The notes below the pieces were generated by a model that was given only the letters and a program-made list of their open reading frames with translations, was not told the DNA's origin and ran no database searches. Positions 1 to 11,048 of a stretch of 64,000 nucleotides of DNA are shown piece by piece. The position numbers were made by a program, and so were the translations under genes. The stretch spans positions 1,312,001 to 1,376,000 of the forward strand of contig OZ244922.1 of the NCBI GenBank assembly GCA_965221905.1, read 5' to 3'. Origin of the DNA: Chloroflexota bacterium (GTDB lineage: Bacteria > Chloroflexota > UBA11872 > VXOZ01). Each line of letters opens with the position of its first letter. The stretch's first letter is position 1.

Positions 1-246
1 ACCGAAATGAATTTCGGTCGTACCGGCTTCCCGTTCAACGAGCGGGTGTACGGGCGTGCGATAGACTATGCCGGCATCTGCTGTCCGGAAACGGAGCGCA
101 TTGCCGCAGATGAAGCGCTGTCGTTTTCCCATACACTCTTCTTAGGACCGCAAAAGCACATGGACATGATTCTTGACGCTATCCGGAAGATTCGGGAAAA
201 TGTCGCTGAACTGCATGCCTGGGAGCGTGCGCATGGGAGTGCCTAG
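1..246 (+). CDS. DegT/DnrJ/EryC1/StrS-family aminotransferase, C-terminal part (5'-truncated by window)
   Basis: C-terminal pattern 'CPETERIA.DEAL.F.H..FLG....MDMILDAIRKI' typical of DegT-family ends; frame open from window start. Confidence 0.6.
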   Translation, partial: TEMNFGRTGFPFNERVYGRAIDYAGICCPETERIAADEALSFSHTLFLGPQKHMDMILDAIRKIRENVAELHAWERAHGSA

Positions 247-414
247 CCCGCGTGACGTAGCGCAGGTGCATGTTGTGGCGCGAACGCCACGAGCGGGTGT
301 GTAGGATGAGTGTGAAGTGGAGTCCCGGTCGGATTGCGGAAGTTTGTTTTTCTGATGCCGTAGTGCACAGTGTAGTGTAGGCGTAGTTGTAGCAAGTAAT
401 GCAGGTGATTAACA

Positions 415-2508
415 TTGGCAAAACGAAAATTACTCGTCGTTGAGTCGCCAACCAAAGCGCGGACAATCAAGAAATTCCTTGGCCGCAACTATGCGGTCGA
501 GTCTTCGATGGGGCACGTGCGGGACCTCCCCAAGAGCAAGCTTGGTGTGGAGGTTGAGAATGACTTTGCTCCCTCATACGTGGTACCGCGCGACAAGAGT
601 GCCACTGTCAAGAAGCTGACCGAAAATGCACTGAAGGCGAGCGAGATCTTGCTCGCCACCGACCCTGATCGCGAGGGAGAGGCCATAGCGTGGCATCTGC
701 TCGAGGCGCTCAAGCGGAAGACGAAGAACCAGGACCTGACCGCAAAACGTGTCGTCTTTCATGAGATTACCCAGGACGCGGTGCAGCACGCTTTGTCCGA
801 ACCACGCGAAATCAACGCTGACTTAGTGGATGCGCAGCAAGCGCGCCGCGTGCTCGATCGTCTTGTCGGCTATAAGATGAGCCCATTTCTCTGGCGCAAA
901 GTTCAGCGCGGGCTATCGGCGGGAAGAGTGCAATCGGTGGCGCTGCGTCTCATCGTCGATCGCGAGCGCGAGATCGAGGCTTTCAAACCGCAGGAGTATT
1001 GGTCGCTTCACGCCAACCTCGCTAAGAGGCCGGCCGAGGGTGCGCAGGACGTGTTCGACGCCGAACTCGTGCAGTTAGAGGGCAAGAAGCCTGAAATCAG
1101 CGATGGAGAAACTGTGGAGGGCATAGTTTCGGACCTTGACGGGGGCGACAGAGTCGCAGTCGCTACCTGGCCGGTGCAGAAAATCTCGGTGCGGGAAAGA
1201 AGACGCCGGCCGAGCGCGCCGTATACTACAAGCACGCTGCAGCAGGATGGCTCGCGCCGCTTGAACTACAGTGCTGCGCGCACTATGCGGCTGGCTCAAC
1301 AACTCTATGAGGGCATTGAAATCGGTGGCGAAGGTCAGGTGGGCCTCATCACCTACATGCGTACCGATTCGGTGCAGGTGAGTAGTGAGGCTATCGCGCA
1401 GGTGCGCCAGTATATCGGAGAGAGGTACGGCGCGGACGAGGTGCCGGAGAATCCGAATCGCTATACCTCACGAGTGAAGAACGCCCAGGAAGCTCACGAG
1501 GCAATACGCCCCACCAGCCCCTTTCGCACGCCCGAGCAGATGAGGGAGTTCTTGGATGCCAACCAGCTCAAGCTCTATACGCTCATATGGCAGCGATTCG
1601 TTTCCAGCCAGATGCGTCCGGCTCTGTTAGAAACAAGATCAGTGGACGTTGTACCCCAGCGCGACGGGTCTGACTTGAAATACCGCTTCAGAGCGTCGGC
1701 TACGCGCGTCAAGTTTCCCGGCTTCTATCAGGTCTATCGCGCGGATGAGGAAGAAGAAGACGAGAGGAAGTCTCTGCCCCTATTGGAGGAAGGCGAGGTT
1801 TTGGATCTCCGCAAGCTCACGCCGGAGCAGCACTTCACCCAGCCGCCACCGCGATTCACTGAGGCTAGCCTAATCAAGGGACTTGAAGAGGAGGGTATTG
1901 GTCGGCCGAGCACCTATGCGCCCATCCTTTCAGTGATTCAAGAGCGTACCTATGTCGAGCGCGAACGGCGTACCCTCAAGCCCACTGAACTAGGAATTAT
2001 TGTGCGGGATATCCTGGTGAAACATTTCCCGGATATTATCAAGCCCGAGTTCACGGCGGCGATGGAAGAGGACCTGGATGCCATCTCCCGTGGTGAGAAG
2101 CAGTGGACTCCCGTCCTGAAGGAGTTTTACGGTGGCTTCAGCGCGGCATTGGAGAAGGCGGACCTTGAGGCAGAGCGGGTACAGCGCCCGGTGGAAGAGA
2201 CCGGCGAGATGTGTGAGCTGTGCGGCAAGCCGCTTCTCCTTCGCGAGGGGCGTTTTGGCAAATTCATCGGCTGCAGCGGCTTTCCGCAATGCCGCAATAC
2301 CAAGCCATTCTTGGATACTATTGGCGTAAATTGCCCGCAGTGCGGTCAAGGTGAGGTAGTGCGCAAACGTAATAAGCGGCGCAGCGTCTTCTATAGCTGC
2401 TCTCGCTACCCAGACTGCGAGTACGCGAGTTCGCGTCCGCCTGCCGCCCCTAAGGACACTGCTGACGAAGCACCCGCGAAGGAACCGGCAGAAGTGGCGG
2501 GCGACTAG
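415..2508 (+). CDS. topA: DNA topoisomerase I (type IA)
   Basis: VVESPTKARTI, SMGHVRDLP, ATDPDREGEAI, SAGRVQS, ITYMRTDS (catalytic Tyr), GIGRPSTYA, C-terminal Cys zinc ribbons; TTG start. Confidence 0.97.
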   Translation: MAKRKLLVVESPTKARTIKKFLGRNYAVESSMGHVRDLPKSKLGVEVENDFAPSYVVPRDKSATVKKLTENALKASEILLATDPDREGEAIAWHLLEALKRKTKNQDLTAKRVVFHEITQDAVQHALSEPREINADLVDAQQARRVLDRLVGYKMSPFLWRKVQRGLSAGRVQSVALRLIVDREREIEAFKPQEYWSLHANLAKRPAEGAQDVFDAELVQLEGKKPEISDGETVEGIVSDLDGGDRVAVATWPVQKISVRERRRRPSAPYTTSTLQQDGSRRLNYSAARTMRLAQQLYEGIEIGGEGQVGLITYMRTDSVQVSSEAIAQVRQYIGERYGADEVPENPNRYTSRVKNAQEAHEAIRPTSPFRTPEQMREFLDANQLKLYTLIWQRFVSSQMRPALLETRSVDVVPQRDGSDLKYRFRASATRVKFPGFYQVYRADEEEEDERKSLPLLEEGEVLDLRKLTPEQHFTQPPPRFTEASLIKGLEEEGIGRPSTYAPILSVIQERTYVERERRTLKPTELGIIVRDILVKHFPDIIKPEFTAAMEEDLDAISRGEKQWTPVLKEFYGGFSAALEKADLEAERVQRPVEETGEMCELCGKPLLLREGRFGKFIGCSGFPQCRNTKPFLDTIGVNCPQCGQGEVVRKRNKRRSVFYSCSRYPDCEYASSRPPAAPKDTADEAPAKEPAEVAGD

Positions 2509-2644
2509 TCGGCAAAGACCATCCTCGGGCAGCGAAGGTGCCTAGCTGCGCACGCCATTCGCCGCCACATAGAGAGTTTCTCTATCTATGCGCCAAATAC
2601 GCTTGTTGCGCTATTTGGCCCACTGCGCCCTTCATTCCTGTCTT

Positions 2645-3838
2645 TCACTCCGCTCCGGGCACGTCGCTTTCTTCGCTCTGAGCGGTGCGCAATGACTCTA
2701 GCTTGAGCAGTTGCCGTTCTAATGCGCGGCGGCGGGTACCGGTGAGCGTGTCGAAGTCATTGGCAACACGCTGAAAGTCGCTCTCCAGTTTATCCAGGGC
2801 CTCCGCGTAGCGCGACCACTCTTTGGAAAGTGCGCTCCACAGGGTGAGCATCTCACCGGCTGTTTGCTGTAGCGAAAAGACCTCTGCCGCTTGCCGAATC
2901 ACGCTGAGCACACCGAACAGGCTGTACGGTGAGCAGAGCACGACACGGCTTTCCAGGCTGTTCTCGAGCAGCGTGCGATCGTGCTGCAGGATAAAGCCGT
3001 ACACCTGCTCCAAAGGAATGAAAAGCAGAACGCAGTCTATGGTGTTGGCTGCCGGGTCAATGTAATCTCGTGAGGTTACCGCCTTGACGTGACTGCGCAC
3101 GTCGCGAAAGAATTGCTTCTCCAAGCGGTCTCGTTCGGTATCTGAATCCGCTTCCAAAGCCCGCAGATAGTTATCGAGCGGGAACTTCACATCCATATTG
3201 AGGAACTGGTCTTTAGGCAGCCTGAAGGTGAAGTCGGGTCGCGTGCCTGTCGCGGTGGTCGTCTGCTTCGTGTAATGAATATTCGGCAGCAAGCCCGCCG
3301 CTTGCAGTACGTCCTCGGCCATGCGCTCACCCCAGGCGCCCCGCGCGCGGCTGTTGGCAAGGGTTTCGCGAAGCGTGTTAGTGGTTTCCGATAGGCGTTT
3401 GGTCTGATCGGCAGTATTGCGGATTTCCGTAGTGAGCGCGCCCAACCTTTCCCCGCTTTGCGCCTGCACGTCGGTCATGAGCGCGCGTACCTGGTCCAGT
3501 GTTGCCCCCATCTGATTTAGCTGCTGATCGATCAGGCGCTTCTTGCTATCAAATTCCTGGGTGTTTTGGGTCTGCTGGGCGCCGAGCTGGCTCTTGGCAA
3601 TCTCCACCAACTGACTTGTGCTCTGATTGAGCGCTTGGAGGGAGAGGCTGCTGAACTGATCGGCCATGTGCTGCAACAGTGTCTGAATGTGCTCTTGCTG
3701 GGCGCGTTCGGACTGCTCGCGAATGCGCTCGCCAATGGCTTCGGCCGTGCGTTTGCGCCACACACCTACGAGCATAGCAAGCGCAAGACCGAGGAAAATC
3801 CCCACTGCACCGCCAACGACGAGTGAAACGATATCCAT
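2645..3838 (-). CDS. rmuC: DNA recombination protein RmuC
   Basis: N-terminal TM and coiled coil, RGAWGE, RPD..F.LP, DVKFPL, KAV...DYI, LFIP.E, CSP.SL motifs. Confidence 0.92.
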   Translation of the reverse strand: MDIVSLVVGGAVGIFLGLALAMLVGVWRKRTAEAIGERIREQSERAQQEHIQTLLQHMADQFSSLSLQALNQSTSQLVEIAKSQLGAQQTQNTQEFDSKKRLIDQQLNQMGATLDQVRALMTDVQAQSGERLGALTTEIRNTADQTKRLSETTNTLRETLANSRARGAWGERMAEDVLQAAGLLPNIHYTKQTTTATGTRPDFTFRLPKDQFLNMDVKFPLDNYLRALEADSDTERDRLEKQFFRDVRSHVKAVTSRDYIDPAANTIDCVLLFIPLEQVYGFILQHDRTLLENSLESRVVLCSPYSLFGVLSVIRQAAEVFSLQQTAGEMLTLWSALSKEWSRYAEALDKLESDFQRVANDFDTLTGTRRRALERQLLKLESLRTAQSEESDVPGAE

Positions 3839-3935
3839 TTCTACTCCGTAGAAGCCGTATTTGCTTGCTTGACATATGAGGCAAGCAGCCTCATTGCTGT
3901 AGCTAAAGCACTATCCAAAAGGCCCGTCTGCGGCA

Positions 3936-4730
3936 TCACGCCAGGCCCCGGCGCGCGCCGGCATCGATGTCAATAGACGTGCCGGTGATCATGGCTGCGC
4001 GGTCCGACACCAGGAATGCCACCAGATTGGCTACGTCCTCAGGCATGGTCACACGGCCGAGCGGATTGGGGGCACGCATATCGGCCGCCGCCTGTTCTGC
4101 GGGAGTGCCGCGTAGCCGTTCGTTCTGCCGGGCCATATCATCGATCAGTCCGGTTTCAGTGAGACCGGGGTTTACCATCACGATGCGAATGTGGTGCTCC
4201 GCGACCTCATCGGCAAGTGTCTTTGTAAATGCCAGGAGCCCGGCATTCATCACACTGGCAATTGCCAATTGAGTCGAGGGATCGTGGGCAGAACCGCCGC
4301 CAATAAGGACAATTGCGCCCCCGCCGCTTTGCCGCATGTACGGGACGGCTTCCCGTGCAGAGCGAATGTAGCCAAGTAACTTGAGGCGGATTTGCTCCTC
4401 CCAGGCAGCGTCCGGCACGTCCAGGTTGCCGCCGACGATGCCTCCGCCCGCACATGCTACCAGAATGTCGAGCCGCCCGAGTTCGGTATTGACTCTCTGC
4501 AGTGCGCCCTGCAGAGCACTCAAATCCGTAACGTCCGCGGCAATGCCGATTGCCCGGCGCCCCGTCTCACGCGCGATAGCGGCCCCGGTCTCTTCAAGGT
4601 CGTGAGACGTGCGCGCGATTAGGGCCACGTCCGCCCCCTGTTGGGCCAGTGACCGCCCGATTGCTTTGCCTATACCGCGGCTGCCGCCCGTGATGACGGC
4701 TCCGCGCCCCGCGAGACTTTGCGTATCCAC
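3936..4730 (-). CDS. SDR-family NAD(P)-dependent oxidoreductase
   Basis: TGGSRGIG, NPG..ET, PLGR..PEDVA..V.FL.S; GTG start after AGGAGG (ORF extends to 4751). Confidence 0.9.
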   Translation of the reverse strand: MDTQSLAGRGAVITGGSRGIGKAIGRSLAQQGADVALIARTSHDLEETGAAIARETGRRAIGIAADVTDLSALQGALQRVNTELGRLDILVACAGGGIVGGNLDVPDAAWEEQIRLKLLGYIRSAREAVPYMRQSGGGAIVLIGGGSAHDPSTQLAIASVMNAGLLAFTKTLADEVAEHHIRIVMVNPGLTETGLIDDMARQNERLRGTPAEQAAADMRAPNPLGRVTMPEDVANLVAFLVSDRAAMITGTSIDIDAGARRGLA

Positions 4731-4855
4731 ATTTTCCTCCTGATTGTGCAAGTTTGGAACAGACTACGGTACACGCACATCTTTGGTAATGAAATATCTA
4801 TGTTGAAAGATTTGAATATAAAATGTACAATTGACCAAGAGATTCAGCAAAAGTA

Positions 4856-4884
4856 TTGCAGGTTCTTGAATAGCAATCTATAAT
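4856..4884 (+). promoter_or_regulatory. sigma70-type promoter for the MacAB-like operon
   Basis: TTGCAG-N17-TATAAT in an AT-rich divergent intergenic region. Confidence 0.5.
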
Positions 4885-5117
4885 ACGTCTAATACAACAG
4901 TACGGTATCGTGTTTGTGAAAAGTTTGGTGCGGCGCAAAGTGTGGAATTGCGAGGAGCAGCGGGCCTTTCAATGGCTTCACAGTTTAGGCTGGTATACTT
5001 GAATAAACGTACACTTCTCTATTTTAACGCTTAAGGCACCTGTTTCGTCTACAGCAATCAACGAAGAGATACCCTACCGAGAGTTGCAGCTTTTCAACGC
5101 AGTATGGAGACAGCACT

Positions 5118-6971
5118 GTGGCTAGATGGCTGAAGATCGTAATTCTGGTTGTCATTTTGGTAGCGCTCATCGTCGGTGGCAGGTTCGCGTTCTTGCGGTT
5201 TCTTGGTGGTGACTCCGGCGAAGGCCAAGTGGTTCAAGAAACTGAGTTTGTTACCGTCACGCGTGGGACGATCATGACCACGGTAAATGCTTCAGGGAAC
5301 ATTGTATATCCCGAACAGGTGGAACTTGCCTTCTCCGTAACAGGAGACCTGCGCGAGATGGTCGTGGCCGTAGGCGATGCTGTGGAGAAGGACGCGCCTC
5401 TTGCCTACTTGGACGACTTGGAATTGAGGGATGCAGTATTGCGGGAAGAGTCGAATCTGCGTACGGCTGAGATCAATCTTGAAAAGCTATTGGCTCCCCC
5501 TCCGACCGAGGACGTACGCAAGTCAGAGCTCGCTTTGGAAGCAGCAGAGTCCCAGGCGGAAGCAAGCTTAAGAAGTGCGAGAGATGCTTTGGAAGATGCG
5601 GAAAAGACGCTTGATGCCCTAATGAATCCTGATGAGGCTGCCGTTAAGTCAGCGGAGAAGAAAGTCGCAGATGCAAGGAACGCCTTAGCGCAGGCACAGG
5701 AGAGCCTTGCTGCTCTAAGCGCAGGTGGCAGCGAAGCCAAGGTTCAGGCGGCTGAAAACTCGCTGCAGGAAGCCAGGAATAGGTTGGATGCGGAGAAAGT
5801 GCGGGTACGTACGGATATTGAAAAGTACTCTAATGAACTGGACGAAGCGCGTAAGCGCCGGGAGCGGGCACAAAGAAGCTTCAATGATGAGAATAGTGAT
5901 GACAATGGACGTGAACTGCACGAAGCGCAGAAGAATTTCGACGAGGTGAAGGCGCGTGTGGATCCGGAACTGAGCATACGGCATGCGGAACTCTCTGACA
6001 ATCCGCCGCCGGGAACCATTGTAGGCGAGCTGACGGCTAAGGTGCGAGAAGCTGAAAGCAACCTTGAAATCGTACGTGTTTCGGTGGATAACGATGAGCA
6101 GGGCGCGAAGCGAAAGGTAGCAAGCGCTATGGATTCGCTTGAGATCGCAAAGGATGAACTTAGCGCGCTGCAGCAACCAACTGCGGATAAAGTGGAAGAA
6201 GCCGAAAACAAGGTGGAGAACGCTCGTACTGAGTTAGAAAGTGCGCAGCAAAAGGCGGATAACGATATTGAACGCGCGCGCCTGGATCTGGACAAAGTTC
6301 GCGCCGGTGTAGCTTCGGAGGAAGTTGAACTGCAACAGCTTCAGGTCGAGCGCGCCCAATTGAGTCTCGAAATCGCCAAGCGAAACCTCAACCAGGCCGT
6401 CCTGCGCGCACCGTTTGCCGGTGTGGTGGCAGCCGTAGAAGGCAGCGTCGGTCAGAAAACGGGAACCAAGGTCGTGACTCTCGTGCGTGCGGATCGGATC
6501 GAGATGCGAGCAAGTGTGGACGAAGCCGACGTGTCTTCAATTCGGGTGGGACAGCCGGTGGAGGTGACCACGTACGCTTCGCCGGACGTCAAAATATCAG
6601 GCACGGTCGAGACCATCTCTCCGACCTCCGTGGAACAACAGGGCGTAGTGCTCTATCCCGTAACCATACGGCTGGAACCGGGTGGTCAGAGCCTGCGGGG
6701 CGGACTCTCCGCTAATGCCTCAATTGAGGTATCGAGCCGCGACGACATTCTACTGCTGCCGAATCGAGCAATACGGCGCGAAGGCGACGAACGAGTGGTT
6801 TACGTGCGGCAAGAGGGAGACGAGTTGGAGCGGCGCGTGGTGGAGATAGGCGTGCGAGACAGCGAAGTCTCGGAGATCGTGAGCGGCGTGAGCGAAGGGG
6901 AAGAGGTCGCGATCCAGTCACGCACAGGAGGCAACATCGGCGGTGGCGGGATTGATATACGCACTCGGTAA
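5118..6971 (+). CDS. Efflux periplasmic adaptor/membrane fusion protein (MacA/YknX-like) with very long coiled coil
   Basis: N-terminal TM, VTRGTI..TVNASG.I, LRAPFAGVV, VDEADV..I.VGQ, EIVSGVSEGEEV; adjacent to ABC ATPase and permease. Confidence 0.88.
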   Translation: MARWLKIVILVVILVALIVGGRFAFLRFLGGDSGEGQVVQETEFVTVTRGTIMTTVNASGNIVYPEQVELAFSVTGDLREMVVAVGDAVEKDAPLAYLDDLELRDAVLREESNLRTAEINLEKLLAPPPTEDVRKSELALEAAESQAEASLRSARDALEDAEKTLDALMNPDEAAVKSAEKKVADARNALAQAQESLAALSAGGSEAKVQAAENSLQEARNRLDAEKVRVRTDIEKYSNELDEARKRRERAQRSFNDENSDDNGRELHEAQKNFDEVKARVDPELSIRHAELSDNPPPGTIVGELTAKVREAESNLEIVRVSVDNDEQGAKRKVASAMDSLEIAKDELSALQQPTADKVEEAENKVENARTELESAQQKADNDIERARLDLDKVRAGVASEEVELQQLQVERAQLSLEIAKRNLNQAVLRAPFAGVVAAVEGSVGQKTGTKVVTLVRADRIEMRASVDEADVSSIRVGQPVEVTTYASPDVKISGTVETISPTSVEQQGVVLYPVTIRLEPGGQSLRGGLSANASIEVSSRDDILLLPNRAIRREGDERVVYVRQEGDELERRVVEIGVRDSEVSEIVSGVSEGEEVAIQSRTGGNIGGGGIDIRTR

Positions 6972-7035
6972 CAGGAAGCATAGTGATTAGTCGTTTGATC
7001 TTGCCTAGGCGCCTTCTGACTCAATAGGGACATCC

Positions 7036-8001
7036 ATGCCTGAAAGTGTGATTGAGACAAGCGACCTCAGGAAGACCTACGTAATGGGGGATTCTGAGAT
7101 TCATGCCCTCGATGGCGTTTCTGTTCAGATCGGGCGAGGTGAATTATTGGCAATCACCGGGCCTTCCGGTTCCGGCAAATCCACACTCATGCACATCTTG
7201 GGCTGCCTGGACCGTCCGGATGCGGGTTCCTATCTGCTCGATGGTGAAGATGTATCCACGCTCAACGACAACCGCTTGGCAGAGATTCGCAACCGCAAGA
7301 TTGGTTTTGTTTTTCAGTCTTTCAACCTACTGCCGCGCGTCAGCGCACTTGAGCAGGTTGAACTTCCCTTGCTCTACGGGGGTGGCAGCAGCCGAAGCAG
7401 GTCTGCGAAGCGAGCTCTCGCAGATAGTGGTGCGGCGGTTGGGTCGGGCAAGGGTCCTGCGGAAATTGCCGGTGCTGAGCAGCGCATCGGTGTGGCAAGA
7501 GATCTAATGCTCCAGCGAGGCGGTGCAGGGTGGCGCGACCGCGCGAAAGAGGCCTTGATTGCCGTAGGCTTGGAAGACCGGATGTCGCACAAGCCCACGG
7601 AGTTGTCAGGAGGTCAGCAGCAGCGTGTGGCTATCGCGCGTGCGTTGGTTACCGACCCTTCGATCATATTGGCAGACGAACCAACGGGAAATCTCGATTC
7701 GCGAACCAGCCAAGAGCTTATGGCGCTGTTATTGCGGCTTAATGCCGACCGCGGGATTACGGTTGTCTTCATTACGCATGAGGAAGAGATTGCGCGTCGC
7801 ACAGACCGCATTCTCCGCATGCGCGACGGTCGCATCGCGGCAGAGGAGCGCGGTAAAATGGGCGGCAGCCCGCCTTCCACAGCCGCTGCAGGTTCAAATA
7901 GTGCTCCAAGAGAGGCCCCGATTCGCGATGGTGTTGCCCCTCTCGGGCAAGCAGAGCGGTCGCCGTCACCGGCATCGCAAGCTGATGAGGTGGGCCCGTG
8001 A
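7036..8001 (+). CDS. ABC transporter ATP-binding protein (MacB/LolD type)
   Basis: [46 protein letters not shown]. Confidence 0.93.
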   Translation: MPESVIETSDLRKTYVMGDSEIHALDGVSVQIGRGELLAITGPSGSGKSTLMHILGCLDRPDAGSYLLDGEDVSTLNDNRLAEIRNRKIGFVFQSFNLLPRVSALEQVELPLLYGGGSSRSRSAKRALADSGAAVGSGKGPAEIAGAEQRIGVARDLMLQRGGAGWRDRAKEALIAVGLEDRMSHKPTELSGGQQQRVAIARALVTDPSIILADEPTGNLDSRTSQELMALLLRLNADRGITVVFITHEEEIARRTDRILRMRDGRIAAEERGKMGGSPPSTAAAGSNSAPREAPIRDGVAPLGQAERSPSPASQADEVGP

Positions 8002-9257
8002 ACTTTGCGACCTTGAAAGTGGCGATCAGCGCTCTGGCTGCAAACAAGCTGCGCACGAGCCTGACCCTATTGGGCATGATAATCGGCGTGGCGTCGGTTG
8101 TGGCCTTGATGTCAATCGGTCGCGGTGTGGAGAGGCAGATCACCGCTGAGCTGCAGTCGACAGGCACCAACGTGCTCTTCATCTTTAGCGGACGGCCCGG
8201 CGGTTCTGCAAGCGAGGACCCGGTACGCCCACTCACGTACGAGGATGCGCTGGAGCTTGAAGAGTTGACGTGGGATGGGACAGTCGTCGGCGTAGCTACG
8301 GAAGGAAGTGATCGCAGCCTCAGCGTGGTAGCGCAAGGTAGAGATACGAGAGTCACAGTGACAGGTGTGACCGCCAACTATCTGTCGGTGCGCAATCTTA
8401 CTCTGGCGTTTGGACAAATGCTCTCTCCATCGGACTTGGATTCGCGCGCTTCTGTAGCGGTATTGGGCTCCAAAGTCGCAGCAGACCTGTTTCCGGACGA
8501 TGATCCAATCGACCAGACTATCCGCGCGGAGAACCTGCGCCTGCGCGTAATCGGGGTACTGGAGGAACAGGGCGGCAGCGCCGGCTTTGGCGGCAGCAGC
8601 GACAACTCGATTTTGGTGCCGATTACGACCGCGCAGGCCCGTTTGACCAGATTTGTGACTGCTCAAGGCGAGAGGCCCATTAGCTCAATCAGTATAAAGC
8701 TGCTGGATGAAAAGGAAGAGACAATCGATGCGGGCGCGGCGGGCATCAGACAAATCCTGCGCGAACGCCATGAGATTCCCGATGAAGCCGACGATGACTT
8801 TATCATCATGAGTCCCAAAGACCTCATTGAGGCGGTGAGCGCGGCCCTTGGCGTCTTCACGCTCTTTCTAGGCGCGATTGCGGGCATCTCTTTGCTGGTT
8901 GGCGGCATCGGCATCATGAACATCATGCTCGTCTCCGTGACCGAACGCACCCGCGAAATCGGCATCCGTAAGGCAGTGGGCGCGAAACGGCGCGACATAC
9001 TCATCCAGTTTCTCGTCGAAAGCGTGGTGGTGAGCGTTTTGGGAGGCTTGCTTGGGATTCTGTTCGGCACGTTGATTTCGTTCGGTATTGCGCAGATTCC
9101 GCTGGGAGAAGATGGTGAGGGCCTGCAAACCGCGGTCACGCTGGACATCGTCCTGCTTGCCGTGAGCGTGGCGGCTTCTGTGGGCATTTTCTTCGGCATC
9201 TATCCGGCCAATCGCGCCGCGCGCCTCGATCCCATTCAGGCTTTGCGCTACGAGTAG
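7998..9257 (+). CDS. MacB/FtsX-family ABC transporter permease
   Basis: [56 protein letters not shown]. Confidence 0.93.
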   Translation: MNFATLKVAISALAANKLRTSLTLLGMIIGVASVVALMSIGRGVERQITAELQSTGTNVLFIFSGRPGGSASEDPVRPLTYEDALELEELTWDGTVVGVATEGSDRSLSVVAQGRDTRVTVTGVTANYLSVRNLTLAFGQMLSPSDLDSRASVAVLGSKVAADLFPDDDPIDQTIRAENLRLRVIGVLEEQGGSAGFGGSSDNSILVPITTAQARLTRFVTAQGERPISSISIKLLDEKEETIDAGAAGIRQILRERHEIPDEADDDFIIMSPKDLIEAVSAALGVFTLFLGAIAGISLLVGGIGIMNIMLVSVTERTREIGIRKAVGAKRRDILIQFLVESVVVSVLGGLLGILFGTLISFGIAQIPLGEDGEGLQTAVTLDIVLLAVSVAASVGIFFGIYPANRAARLDPIQALRYE

Positions 9258-9351
9258 AAGCGCGTGGCTTGCCCTTCGTCCCAATGGGCATGAAGAGAGA
9301 CTTTGCCTACAGACCAAGCTGCCTTAGAAACTGCTGTCAGGGAGGGCTGAT

Positions 9352-9963
9352 GTGAGTCAAAAATCGTCGTACGATGGGAGGTACGCGGGCCAAGAGTACT
9401 ATTGGGGCACAAAGCCGTCTGCAATTTGCCATCAAGTCTTGCAGCTATTGCCTCCCGATCAGCCGGTTTCACTCCTCGATATTGGTTGTGGAGAAGGCAG
9501 GAACGCGGTTTTCTTCGCGCATAACGGGTACGGGGTAACCGCCTTTGATTCGTCGGCAGCAGGCGTAGCGAAGACGGAACGCCTTGCTGAGGCAGCGAAC
9601 GTTCCGATCGCCGTTTTTCAAGCTGACATGAATCAGCATAGGTTAGAAGGCAAATTCGACGTCTTGTTCTCTACCGGCGTCTTCCACCTCATTCCCCGCA
9701 AACTGCGACAGGAAGTCTTCGCCCACTATAAGGGACACACAAACTGCGGCGGATTGAACGTCTTCTCCGTGTTCGTTCGCAAGCCCTTCATCGGTAAAGC
9801 GCCGGATGGGGACCCGGGCGCGGAGCCCTGGCTGTCGGGGGAGCTCCTAACGCTCTACCATGACTGGAAGATCGAGTATTGCACGGAAGAGATCTTCGAC
9901 TGCATGTCCGGCGGCATTCCGCATCAGCATGCGATGAGTCGGATGATAGCGCGGAAGCCGTAG
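9352..9963 (+). CDS. Class I SAM-dependent methyltransferase (TehB-like)
   Basis: LLDIGCGEGRNA..FA..GY.VTAFD motif I. Confidence 0.85.
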   Translation: MSQKSSYDGRYAGQEYYWGTKPSAICHQVLQLLPPDQPVSLLDIGCGEGRNAVFFAHNGYGVTAFDSSAAGVAKTERLAEAANVPIAVFQADMNQHRLEGKFDVLFSTGVFHLIPRKLRQEVFAHYKGHTNCGGLNVFSVFVRKPFIGKAPDGDPGAEPWLSGELLTLYHDWKIEYCTEEIFDCMSGGIPHQHAMSRMIARKP

Positions 9964-10064
9964 CGCCATAATTGCATGCTTCCGGCAAGAGCGTCCAATT
10001 GCTCGAATCCTCCCCCAATAAACCTCAGCGGGTACTGGAAATGCAGCGATACCGGGCGCGTTGC

Positions 10065-10928
10065 CTACAGGTCTTTCCGCGCGAAGACTCGCACCCCCAA
10101 GAGCACCGCGAAGGTGATGTACAGGAGTGCCCAAACGAGCATGAAGGCTGAGGGTTGACTGAAGCCTTCGAAGGGGCCGCCGCCTGCCAGGAAAGCGAGT
10201 TCTTGTACGTTCAACCGCTGGGCGGCCATGCGCCACAGTGCGTCGGAAGGCAGCAGCAAGCTGGAAATGACGCCGATATTCTGCATTACTTGGTTATCCA
10301 GGAGAATGCCAAGCTGTTCCACCATGCCTCCCACCAGGGCGAGACCGTAGAGCATGATGACAGTGACGCCCGCCGTGAGTGTTGAGAGTAACGTGCTGGC
10401 GCACACGGAAACACAGGTGAGCAGAATCCCAAGCAGAGCGAGCAGTAGCGCCGACTGCAGGCCCGACCAGGAATAGAAACCTGCAAAGAGCCAGGTGAGG
10501 ATCAGTAGTGCTAGGGTGGTGCCGATGGCGAAACTGGCAGACATTGCTCCCAACCCGCAGCACTTGCCGACGAGCACCTGCCAACGGCTGAGGGGTTTCG
10601 GAATGATGGCGTGGAGCGTGTTCTGCTCGACTTCGGTCGCAATCGCGCCCGCAGAGGTGAAGATTGCCACCAGCGCCGTGAGCATGCCGGCCACGTTTAG
10701 CGCCGCTGCGAGGAGTTGGCCGGATACGGCGTCGCGAAATACGTCCGGATCAATGAAACGGTCGGGCACTGCCAGGTCGCGCATTACGAAGTACATGCCC
10801 AAGCCAAAGAGCGCGAGAAAGGCGGCCGCCAGCAGCACCCCGCCCAGCACGGCTTTCTTGCGCACGCCTTCCTGCAAGGTGATTTTGGCGATGATGAGAA
10901 TCGGCGCTATCAAGCGGGTATGCTCCAC
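10065..10928 (-). CDS. ABC-2 type transporter permease
   Basis: Six hydrophobic segments, 'E.EQ.TL..I..KP.SR..V..GK', C-terminal F.RKDL; downstream of an ABC ATPase. Confidence 0.85.
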   Translation of the reverse strand: MEHTRLIAPILIIAKITLQEGVRKKAVLGGVLLAAAFLALFGLGMYFVMRDLAVPDRFIDPDVFRDAVSGQLLAAALNVAGMLTALVAIFTSAGAIATEVEQNTLHAIIPKPLSRWQVLVGKCCGLGAMSASFAIGTTLALLILTWLFAGFYSWSGLQSALLLALLGILLTCVSVCASTLLSTLTAGVTVIMLYGLALVGGMVEQLGILLDNQVMQNIGVISSLLLPSDALWRMAAQRLNVQELAFLAGGGPFEGFSQPSAFMLVWALLYITFAVLLGVRVFARKDL

Positions 10929-11048
10929 GATAGTGCTAGAGAGTGTTGCATTTCATCCATGCGGAAAGTGCCAATGACCTTTGGTCCTTCTTTAGATTGG
11001 CGCCTCACATATTCTAGGCGCTGCTTCGACTGCAATCATTTGTTATCA

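Noticed and set aside
355-405. GTAG/GTAGT-rich run upstream of topA
   Set aside because: Low-complexity sequence with no fixed period or associated hairpin
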